From Candidatus Latescibacterota bacterium (GTDB lineage Bacteria > Latescibacterota > UBA2968 > UBA8231), in contig CBDCXV010000010.1 in NCBI GenBank assembly GCA_965223905.1, forward strand, positions 704,001 to 768,000: 64,000 nucleotides of DNA, in the 5' to 3' direction. The position numbers and the translations under genes were made by a program. Below the pieces are notes generated by a model that saw only the letters and a list, made by a program, of their open reading frames with translations, had not been told where the DNA came from and ran no database searches. How positions within the stretch are numbered: position 1 is the stretch's first letter; each line of letters begins with the position of its first letter. Shown here in pieces: positions 9,728 through 19,552 of this stretch.

Positions 9728-11136
9728 ATGTCAAGGTGCGTGAGAGCGGACAGCAGACTCCGGGTCGGCGTCCTGCTGCCGGCGGACTCCTGCGTGGCAT
9801 GGGTAGAGCACCTGGTCCGCGAGATCGCCGCCACCTCGGTAGCCGAGGTAGCCCTGGTCGGTGTGGCGAAGTGGACGGACCCTGCGCCTCGACCGCGAGC
9901 CTGTCTTCTGTGGCGAATGTAAACCGCGCTCGACCACGTCTGTTCGCGCATCCGGCTAGATGCCTTCGCCGCGGCCGACCTCTCCGCAACGATCTTCTTG
10001 GCGGCGCTGCCAGACGGAAGGGAGTAGCTGATCTACCGCTCCTTTTCGCGGACCAACGACAAGTCGGTCTGGAGAAACCGCCAGCGCCACTGCTGGAAAG
10101 CCGCCCACCTGCCGGCGCGCAAGCTCAGGGAGCTTCACCACCTGGGCGCCTCGGCCCTCGCCGAGAGCGGTGGGGGCCCGCAGGAACCGGCGGACACGGC
10201 GCGGAACAGCAACGAGGTTACCGCTCCCGGGAACCTCGAAACCGCGGCATTCACTCTCAGGCTGGCGCGACTCGCCCTGCGCGGCGCCGTCGAGGCAACC
10301 CTCTTCCGGCCCCAGTGGTGCCTCGCTTACGAGCGAGACCCCGAGTCGCCACCGTGCGCCCCGGCCGGCTGCGGCGGCTGATTCCCCCCGGGGACCGCTT
10401 CTGGGCCGACCCGTTCCCGGTCGAGGTCGACGGGCGCTGCTTCGTCTTCGTCGAAGAATGGCTGTATCGCAGGAGCAAGGGCCGCATCGCCGTACTCGAG
10501 CTCGAGGGGGAAACCGTCAGCGAGGCTGGAATCGTCCTCGAGACGAGCCACCACCTCTCGCATCCGTTCCTGTTTCACTGGCAGGACCAGCTCTACATGA
10601 TCCCGGAAAGTTGCCGCAACCGGTCCGTCGAGCTGTACCGCTGCCTGTCGTTTCCCCTTCGCTGGGAGCGGGACAGGGTGCTTCTCGACGGCCTGCGCGG
10701 AGTGGACGCCACCCTCGAAGAAGTCGACCGGACCTGGTGGATGTTCCTCAACGTCGGCAAGCGCGGGATCTCCAACCACGACGAGCTGCACCTGTACGAT
10801 GCGGACAGTCCGCTCGGACCCTGGCGGGAGCACGCCCGCAACCCGGTCAAGTCGGACGTGCGCTCGTCGCGGTTCGCAGGACGGCTGATCAGGAACGACG
10901 GGGAACTGCTGCGGCCGGCCCAGGACTGCACGCCTCGCTACGGAAGCGCCATCTGCCTCCACCCCATCCTCGAGCTCTCCCCAGACCGTTACGCCGAGGA
11001 GCCGGTGGCGCGCCTCGAGGCGGGCGCCATCCTGGACGCGGTTCGCACCCACACCCTGAACGACTGCCGCGGCATCCGGTTCATCGACTTCCAGCGCCTG
11101 CGCCCACGCATCGCCTGGGGAAGCTCGCATGACTGA
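9728..11136 (+). pseudogene. GINT1-N-like (glucosamine inositolphosphorylceramide transferase family) beta-propeller protein; N-terminal half disrupted, C-terminal propeller frame open
   Basis: FWADPF, FVFVEEW, KGRIA, HLSHPFLF, YMIPES, GPWREHARNPV, RPAQDC, YG, HTLN motifs; the 5' part has a premature TAA (9920-9922) and frame changes before ~10350. Confidence 0.65.
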
Positions 11137-12790
11137 AGAGAGCGGCAGACGGCCACCTGAGAGGGAGGCGCACCGCGAGCACGACGCGTCCTTCGGCGAC
11201 ATCAGGGACCTCGCCGGCGGCGCCCTGGTGACCTTCGTCGGCAAGGCGGGCCGCCTTTCGCGGGCGGCCTTCCTCGCCGTTCTCGCCCTCTTCTGCGGTC
11301 TCGAGGTGGTCGGGGCCTACTCGGTCGCCTGGGGGTTCGTCACCACGGTGAACCGGGTGGCGCGTTTCGGGCTCCAGCGCGGGGTCGTGCGCTTCCTGAC
11401 CGCAAGCGGGGTCCGCGGCCGCTGGAAGACCCCTTCGGCCGCGGTCGACGCCGCCCTCGCCGCTTCGCTGCTGATCGGGGCTCTCGCGAGCGCCGCGGTG
11501 GTCGCCGGACTTCTGCTGGCAACCGAGCAGGTCGCCGCCTTCTACGACAAGCCCGGGCAGCTGCCCCTGGAAGAACCGCTGCGCATCCTCGCCTGGTCGG
11601 CCCCATTCGTCACCGCGGCCGGGATTTTCCTCTCGGCGACGCGGGCCCTGCGCATCATGCGCTACGCCGTGTACGTCTTCTCGGTCGCCGGCCCCCTGCT
11701 GCTCCTGGCCGGGAGTCTGGCGATCGCCCTGCTCGGCGGGGGCACGGAATGGGAGAACCCCTCCCAGCAGCGCGCTGCCCAGACCGGTTTCGTCATCGCC
11801 GTCGCCTGGGTGCAGCTCGGCTCCGCGGTCGCCTGCGGCTTCCTCGCGGCCCGCTACTTCGGCCGGCATTTCTCGCTGCGGCGCAGCCTGACCCGGATGC
11901 GAGCGGCCCCGGTCGCCGCATTGGCCCGCTTCTCGGCGCCAGTGATGGTCGCCGACGTGATGGGCGCCGTTCTGACGCAGCTCGACGTGCTGATGCTCGG
12001 CAAGCTCGTCAGCCTGACCGAGGTGGGGATCTACTCGGTTGCCCGCCGGGTGGCGAGCTCGATGCTCAAGGCGGTTCAGGCCTTCGACCCGGTCTTCAGC
12101 TCCGTGGTCAGCGAGCTGTCCCACCTGTGCAGGGAGGAGGAGGTCGCCCGGCGCTTCGTCGTCATATCGCGCTGGCTGCTGACCGTCAACCTGCCGATCT
12201 TCGCCACCTTGTTTATTGTTGGTGACAGCCTGTTGGGCTGGGCCGGGGAAAAATGGCTGGGGGAGCCGTCGCAGTTGGCGCTCGGGCTCAAGATTCTCTA
12301 CGTCCTCGGCATCGGGATGCTGCTTCAGGGCACGTTCGCCCTCATCGAGCCGCTGCTGGCCATGACCGGCCGTCCCGGCCTCAACACCTTGAACAACAGT
12401 GTCTGGCTGCTCGCCAACTTCGCACTCAATCTCTGGTTCATAACCCTTTTCGGGGTGATCGGGGCGGCCTACGGAGCGACCCTTTCGATGTTCTTCGTCA
12501 ATTCCCTGCGGGTGCTGCAGGCCTGGCGCCTCCACCGCATCCGCTCCCTGGATCGCAGCCAGGTGAAGCCGCTCGCGGCGGCCGCGGTCGCGGCCGGGGC
12601 AGCCTGGCTCGCCTCCGCGGCCGCAGCCCCCGGATCGGGGGGGGTTCTCGTGCTGGGGGGCGGCACTTTCATCTCCGTCTACGGGCTGATGCTGTGGAGG
12701 CTCGGCCTCGAGCCCGAAGACAGGCTGCTCCTGCTGCGCGCCTTCCGCGGCCTGCGCACGAAGCTGGCAGTCCGCCGGAGTTCCCGGTGA
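11129..12790 (+). CDS. Oligosaccharide flippase (Wzx/MOP superfamily)
   Basis: ~14 hydrophobic segments, DVLMLGKL...EVGIYSVA, LAMTGRP, FGVIGAAYGAT. Confidence 0.85.
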   Translation: MTEESGRRPPEREAHREHDASFGDIRDLAGGALVTFVGKAGRLSRAAFLAVLALFCGLEVVGAYSVAWGFVTTVNRVARFGLQRGVVRFLTASGVRGRWKTPSAAVDAALAASLLIGALASAAVVAGLLLATEQVAAFYDKPGQLPLEEPLRILAWSAPFVTAAGIFLSATRALRIMRYAVYVFSVAGPLLLLAGSLAIALLGGGTEWENPSQQRAAQTGFVIAVAWVQLGSAVACGFLAARYFGRHFSLRRSLTRMRAAPVAALARFSAPVMVADVMGAVLTQLDVLMLGKLVSLTEVGIYSVARRVASSMLKAVQAFDPVFSSVVSELSHLCREEEVARRFVVISRWLLTVNLPIFATLFIVGDSLLGWAGEKWLGEPSQLALGLKILYVLGIGMLLQGTFALIEPLLAMTGRPGLNTLNNSVWLLANFALNLWFITLFGVIGAAYGATLSMFFVNSLRVLQAWRLHRIRSLDRSQVKPLAAAAVAAGAAWLASAAAAPGSGGVLVLGGGTFISVYGLMLWRLGLEPEDRLLLLRAFRGLRTKLAVRRSSR

Positions 12791-13506
12791 CCACGCGGGC
12801 CATCGTCCTGGCCGCCGGTGCCGGCACCCGGCTCAACCCGATGACCAACGGACTGCCCAAGTGCCTGGTGCCGTTCGGAGAGCGGCGCCTCGTCGATCTG
12901 CAGATAGCGGCCCTGCAGGCCGCAGGCGTCGAGGATATCGTCCTGGTCGTCGGCTTCGAGACGGACCAGGTCCGCCGCCACCTCAGGGGGCTGCCGGATG
13001 TCCGCTTCGTCGAGAACCCCGACTTCGGGTCGACCAACAGCATCTACTCCCTCTACCTCGCCCGCGCCTTTCTCGACCGCGAGACCTTCCTGTTCAACTG
13101 CGACATCGTCTTTCACCCTGCCCTGCTCGAACGGATGCTCGCCGGCGACAGGCCGAACGCCATCGCCGTCGATTCGCGGATGCAGCGGGTCCCCGGCGAG
13201 ATGAACGTCCGCATTCGGGACGGGGGCGAGGTTACGGCCATCGGCAAGAGCCTCGACCCGTCGAGCTGTCAGGCGCAGAGCGTGCAGCTGGCGAGATTCG
13301 ACTCCGCCGGGGCCCGTTCCGTGGCCGAGGAGGTCGAACGCCTGGTCGCCGGTCAGCGCAAGGACGTGTTCCCGACCTCGGCGTACGGCCCCCTGATCGA
13401 GCGCGGCGAGTTGTTCGCGGTGGAGGGTGGAGACCTGCCCTGGGCGGAGATCGACTCGGTCGACGACTACAACGCCGCGGTCTCGTCGGTGCTCCCGAGG
13501 TTGTGA
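12787..13506 (+). CDS. NTP transferase (phosphocholine cytidylyltransferase family)
   Basis: RAIVLAAGAGTRLNPMTNGLPKCL, TNSIYSLYLA, FNCDIVF, WAEIDSVDDY; GTG start overlaps the flippase stop. Confidence 0.88.
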   Translation: MTTRAIVLAAGAGTRLNPMTNGLPKCLVPFGERRLVDLQIAALQAAGVEDIVLVVGFETDQVRRHLRGLPDVRFVENPDFGSTNSIYSLYLARAFLDRETFLFNCDIVFHPALLERMLAGDRPNAIAVDSRMQRVPGEMNVRIRDGGEVTAIGKSLDPSSCQAQSVQLARFDSAGARSVAEEVERLVAGQRKDVFPTSAYGPLIERGELFAVEGGDLPWAEIDSVDDYNAAVSSVLPRL

Positions 13507-13525
13507 TCCAAGCAGCCGGCCCCCG

Positions 13526-14764
13526 ATGATCACGGCCTGGATCGACGCCACCCGGCCCGCCTCCTGCTGGCAGCTGTGGGGGATGTCCCTCGTGGAAAGG
13601 CAGCTGCGCCAGTTCGCCCTCAGGGGGGCGGCCTGCGCCCGCGTCGCCGTTGCCGAGGACGGCGCCCCGCGGATCCGCGCCGATTTCGCGAGCCGCTACG
13701 ACCTCGACATCCAGTTTCACCATGTGAGCTGCGGAGCCCGCTTCGGCGACTCCCTGGCAGCGGTCGAATCCCCCTTGCTCCTGCTCGAAGGGGACGGTAT
13801 GTACGACGACCGCGTCCTCGACCACCTGTTGGCGTCCGGTCCCGGGAATTCCGTGATGGGAGGCGGCCTGCGTGCCGGCTGGGCGGACTCCGGGCTCGTC
13901 GCCGAGCTGGCGCAGCTGCCGCCGGAGAAAGGCGGTGTTCCTGGGTCTGCCCTGTGGAAGGCCGTCTCGGAACAGACACGAGTGACCGACTCCGCCGAGC
14001 TCGATTCTTACGTCCCGGAACTCAGGCTCACCATGGCCCCCGTCATGGTCCGGCTCGAACGCCCGCAGCAGCTGCGCGAGGTCGATCGGCTGATGTACCG
14101 CCGCACCTTCAAGGGGGTCATCGACATCGTCGCCAGCCACGGCTACTACCACCCGGTCCGCTGGATCGCCGGCCACCTGGCGCCCACCGAGGTCTCCCCC
14201 AACAGCGTCACCGCCCTGTCGATCGCGGCGATCTGGCTGGCGGTACCCTGCTTCGCGCTCGGGATGCCGGGTGCTGGAATCGTCCTGGCCTGGGCCGGCG
14301 TGATCGCCGACAGCGTCGACGGCAAGCTGGCGCGTCTGACCCTGAACCTCAGCGACCGCATGGGTGCCGTAGAGCACATTTCCGCGGTCCCCGCCCTGGG
14401 GCTCTGGCTCGCCGCTTTCGGAGGCTGGGTGAGCGACTGGGCCCTGCTGACCCCTTCCGGTCCCGCGGTCGCCACCTGGGTGCTGCTCGGCTGCTTTGCG
14501 CTGGACAAGGCGGCCAGCGGCGGCTTCCGCAGGCTCACCGGCAGGGAGATCTTCGACTACGGCCGCGGCGACGCCCTGTTCCACCCCTTCGCCGCCCGCC
14601 GAAACATCCTCCTGCTCATGATGACCGTCGGGGTCGCCGCGGACGCGGCTGGAGCCGCTCTCACGGCGATGTCGGGCTGGATGGCGGCGACGCTTCTGTT
14701 TCACGCGCTGCGGGCGCTCCAGGTGGCAGCCCGGATCGGGAAGGGGCCGGCAGGATGGAAATAA
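13526..14764 (+). CDS. CDP-alcohol phosphotransferase-like protein (non-canonical motif), paralog 2
   Basis: VSPNSVT, DSVDGKLAR...MGAVEH; colinear with 8034-9299. Confidence 0.8.
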   Translation: MITAWIDATRPASCWQLWGMSLVERQLRQFALRGAACARVAVAEDGAPRIRADFASRYDLDIQFHHVSCGARFGDSLAAVESPLLLLEGDGMYDDRVLDHLLASGPGNSVMGGGLRAGWADSGLVAELAQLPPEKGGVPGSALWKAVSEQTRVTDSAELDSYVPELRLTMAPVMVRLERPQQLREVDRLMYRRTFKGVIDIVASHGYYHPVRWIAGHLAPTEVSPNSVTALSIAAIWLAVPCFALGMPGAGIVLAWAGVIADSVDGKLARLTLNLSDRMGAVEHISAVPALGLWLAAFGGWVSDWALLTPSGPAVATWVLLGCFALDKAASGGFRRLTGREIFDYGRGDALFHPFAARRNILLLMMTVGVAADAAGAALTAMSGWMAATLLFHALRALQVAARIGKGPAGWK

Positions 14765-14793
14765 ATAAGCCCCTGTAGTCGTGTTGGCATATT

Positions 14794-14808
14794 TGTTATA
14801 TTGCAAAC
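14794..14808 (+). promoter_or_regulatory. Extended -10 promoter (TGnTATATT) 6 nt before the hsdM ATG; probable leaderless transcript
   Basis: TG-T-TATATT-GCAAAC-ATG in an AT-rich stretch with no Shine-Dalgarno. Confidence 0.5.
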
Positions 14809-16650
<1,842 letters not shown>

Positions 16651-16685
16651 GCGCCGGAACCGAATATCCAAGGAGATAGAAAAAA

Positions 16686-17057
16686 ATGGGAGCAATGCAC
16701 GTAACAGTCAGGATTACGAACCCCGCGGATGCGGACAGGTTCTGGGAGGGCCTTTTTCTGGTTGACACCGGGGCCACGGATTCCCTGGCACCCAGGCCGC
16801 ACCTGGAAGCCATCGGCCTCAAGCCCGAGGGTAAACGCGTGTATGAACTGGCCGCTGGCAGCGAGGTCGCAGTGGATGTCGCCGTTGCCAAGATCGAGTT
16901 CATGGGCGAGTTCGTCGGGGGCACGGTCATCTTCGGGGAGGCTGACGCGGAGCCGCTTCTGGGCGTGACTGCGCTGGAATCCGTGGGCATCGAGGTGGAC
17001 CCGGTGAACCAGCGGCTTAAGAGGCTGCCGGCCGTGAGGCTCAAGGGGCTGGCGTGA
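16686..17057 (+). CDS. Clan AA (retropepsin-like) aspartic protease
   Basis: FLVDTGAT catalytic motif, EPLLGVTALES; SD-like GGAGA upstream; stop overlaps the hsdS start. Confidence 0.85.
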   Translation: MGAMHVTVRITNPADADRFWEGLFLVDTGATDSLAPRPHLEAIGLKPEGKRVYELAAGSEVAVDVAVAKIEFMGEFVGGTVIFGEADAEPLLGVTALESVGIEVDPVNQRLKRLPAVRLKGLA

Positions 17058-18355
17058 CGCCAATCAATGAAGCGTGGACATGGCGTCCCCTTGGGGAACT
17101 GTTCGAAATCGGTGCGGGAAAAACCATGTCCGCAGCCGCTCGCAACGGCGCTGACAAGACTCCATTCCTTCGAACATCGAACGTCCTCTGGGACGAGATT
17201 GACCTGACGTCCGTAGACGAGATGTCGATTCCAGACCACGAACTACAAGCCAAGCTGTTGCAGCCAGGCGACCTGCTCGTCTGCGAGGGCGGCGAGATCG
17301 GGCGGGCGGCAATCTGGGAGGGGGAAGTCGAAACGATGTCGTTCCAGAACCACTTGCATCGGCTACGGCCATCCGTCGAGGGGGTGGACCCGCGCTTCTA
17401 CGTGTACTTCCTGCAATCCGCCTTCACACAGCTCGGTATCTTCGAAGGGGCCGGCAACGAGACCACGATCCCGAATCTGTCGCGCAGCCGCTTGGCAGGG
17501 CTCGAGGTGCCGCTGCCAGAGATTGGCGAGCAACGGGCGATCGTCACCGCGCTTGCGCGGGTACGGAAGGCCATCGAGATACAAAAGGAGAGCATCGACC
17601 TTGCGCGGGAGTTGAAACGAACCGCGATGCGGAAATTGTTCACGCGCGGGCTGCGGGGTGAGCCGCAGAAGGAAACCGAGATCGGCTTGGTGCCGGCAAG
17701 TTGGGAACTCGTTCCCATCGGTAATGTCTTCGAAATCGAACAGGGGCTCTCTTTGAAGGGCAATCTTGCCCTTGCCGGCCAAGGAACGCCGTTTCTCCGG
17801 ACCTCCAATGTGTACTGGGGACGCGTCGACCTACAGGTAGTAAGCAGGATGCGTCTCGGGGGTGACCCGCCGCCCCACAAACTGTTGCGCCGGGGCGATC
17901 TTCTAGTGTGTGAGGGCGGCGAAATTGGACGTGCCGCGGTATGGAACGCAGAGATCAATGAGTGCCTCTTCCAGAACCACCTTCACCGTCTGCGCCCCTT
18001 GGATGCCTCTCGCACCCACGCACGGTTCGCCATGGCATGGCTCGAAGAAGGCTTCGAGCACCGGCACGTCTATGAAGGCGCCGGAAACCGCACGACAATT
18101 CCCAACCTTTCGCGTGCTCGCCTTGCGAAGCTATTGATCCCGAATCCACCTCCCAAGGAACAGTGCGACATTGTCTCCATCCTTGATGCTATCGACCGTA
18201 AGGTTGATCTGCATAACAAAAAGCGTGCGGTTCTCGACGATTTGTTCAAGACGCTTCTGCATAAGCTGATGACGGGCGAAATTCGGGTTGACGAGCTTGA
18301 CAATCTCGCACTTCCAAAAAAACGGTTCGTGTCAATGAAAAGAGATCCTATCTAG
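17054..18355 (+). CDS. hsdS: Type I R-M specificity subunit
   Basis: Two TRDs, each followed by a PLP/PNP..EQ..IV conserved helix; spacer KLFTRGLRGEPQKETEIGLVPASW; C-terminal LFKTLLHKLMTGEIRV. Confidence 0.92.
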   Translation: MTPINEAWTWRPLGELFEIGAGKTMSAAARNGADKTPFLRTSNVLWDEIDLTSVDEMSIPDHELQAKLLQPGDLLVCEGGEIGRAAIWEGEVETMSFQNHLHRLRPSVEGVDPRFYVYFLQSAFTQLGIFEGAGNETTIPNLSRSRLAGLEVPLPEIGEQRAIVTALARVRKAIEIQKESIDLARELKRTAMRKLFTRGLRGEPQKETEIGLVPASWELVPIGNVFEIEQGLSLKGNLALAGQGTPFLRTSNVYWGRVDLQVVSRMRLGGDPPPHKLLRRGDLLVCEGGEIGRAAVWNAEINECLFQNHLHRLRPLDASRTHARFAMAWLEEGFEHRHVYEGAGNRTTIPNLSRARLAKLLIPNPPPKEQCDIVSILDAIDRKVDLHNKKRAVLDDLFKTLLHKLMTGEIRVDELDNLALPKKRFVSMKRDPI

Positions 18356-18373
18356 ACGAGTGGATGGCGACAC

Positions 18374-18475
18374 ATGGCGAACGAGTCAAGGAAGCATCAC
18401 TACATCCCGAGATCGGTACTTCGGAACTTCACTTTAAATGGTGACGGGAGGCGCCTACGTGCCAATATAGAGTGA
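18374..18475 (+). pseudogene. DUF4238-like 5' remnant interrupted by an IS end
   Basis: MANESRKHHYIPRSVLRNF is the HHY(I/V)P..L..F N-terminal signature; truncated where the IS-like end begins (18460). Confidence 0.55.
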
Positions 18476-18707
18476 GACATTTTCCCATCGGAGTTTAGAG
18501 TAGTCAGGAGGGCGGAAAGGAGAGCATTGAGGATGGCTTCCCGTACTGGAAAGGTGGACCGAACGTCGTTGCCTGTGGAAGAGTCCTCCCCAGAGGTTCC
18601 TCGTCCCGATCCGGAAGTACCGGAGAGGGCCAAGCGCCGGTACTTCAGTGCCCAGTATAAGCTGCGGGTACTGGAAGAAGCCGATGCCTGCCGGGAGCCG
18701 GTCGAGG
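18460..18707 (+). mobile_element. IS3-family remnant (left end plus truncated OrfA)
   Basis: Starts TGCCAATATAGAGTGAGACA (TG-initiated IR-like); encodes PDPEVPERAKRRYFSAQYKLRVLEEADACREP, an IS3-type OrfA HTH start; no OrfB or right end seen. Confidence 0.7.
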
Positions 18708-18738
18708 CAACTGAAATAAGGATGAGAACACAAAGATA

Positions 18739-19044
18739 ATGAACCCACAGGTATCGGTATCGAAGACCGCGCTTGCTGCTTTCTGCCAAAAGCACGGAAT
18801 CATGCGACTCGCCATCTTTGGCTCCGCGCTGCGGGAAGACTTCCGAGCGGAGAGCGATATAGATGTGCTCGTCGAATTCCAGCCAGATCGCATCCCAGGA
18901 CTGCTGGGCGTTGCCGGCCTGGAGTTGGAGTTATCCGGGCTGTTTATAGGACGCAAAGTGGATCTTCGGACTCCCGAGGATCTGAGTCCCTACTTCCGGC
19001 AAGACGTTCTGGCCACCGCGGAAGTGCAATATGATCAGGGATGA
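18739..19044 (+). CDS. Minimal nucleotidyltransferase (MNT/MntA-type antitoxin)
   Basis: [31 protein letters not shown]. Confidence 0.88.
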   Translation: MNPQVSVSKTALAAFCQKHGIMRLAIFGSALREDFRAESDIDVLVEFQPDRIPGLLGVAGLELELSGLFIGRKVDLRTPEDLSPYFRQDVLATAEVQYDQG

Positions 19045-19248
19045 CGAAATCCGCCTACGGCACATGATTGAAGCGGCGCGCGAAGCCGTGTCATTTGCAA
19101 GCAACCGGGTGCGCGAGGACCTGGAGACCGACCGCCAGTTGGTCTTAAGGACCTGCCGGCATTAATCGCCAATCTTGAGCGGGTCCTGCCTCCTGAACCT
19201 GGTCAACAGCCCCGCGTAACCGAGATTCCTACGGACGATAAAGGGTGA
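19031..19248 (+). pseudogene. HEPN/DUF86 (HepT-type) toxin with internal deletion and frameshift
   Basis: [39 protein letters not shown] joined out of frame to KDLPALIANLERVLP; the middle with the RX4-6H motif is absent. Confidence 0.75.
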
Positions 19249-19552
19249 CCAGAAACGATGATCAGACTCTCTCTGAGGCGAGAACCGGCTGGTCTTCAGC
19301 GCGGACTCAGGCTATCTCGGACGGCGTCCTGTTCGGAGCGCCGGCGTGCTTGTCGGCAACATAGAGCGCCTCGAATTTCCGGATTCCTCAGTGCCTTAGG
19401 GCGCCATTGAGGCCTCATTCCGGGCCTTACCGACCTAGAAGAATGTTTAAGGGACCACCTCGACCGCGCTCAGTCTCCTCCCTCGCATTGGCCAATCGGA
19501 GTCCGTCATCACCGATCTGAAGATCACTGAAGCAAACTCGGTCCAGTTCCCC

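Noticed and set aside
9262-11136. 624-aa ORF as one real fusion protein
   Set aside because: It strings together an NTP transferase remnant, off-frame low-complexity sequence and the propeller domain; it is an accidental open frame across pseudogene debris.
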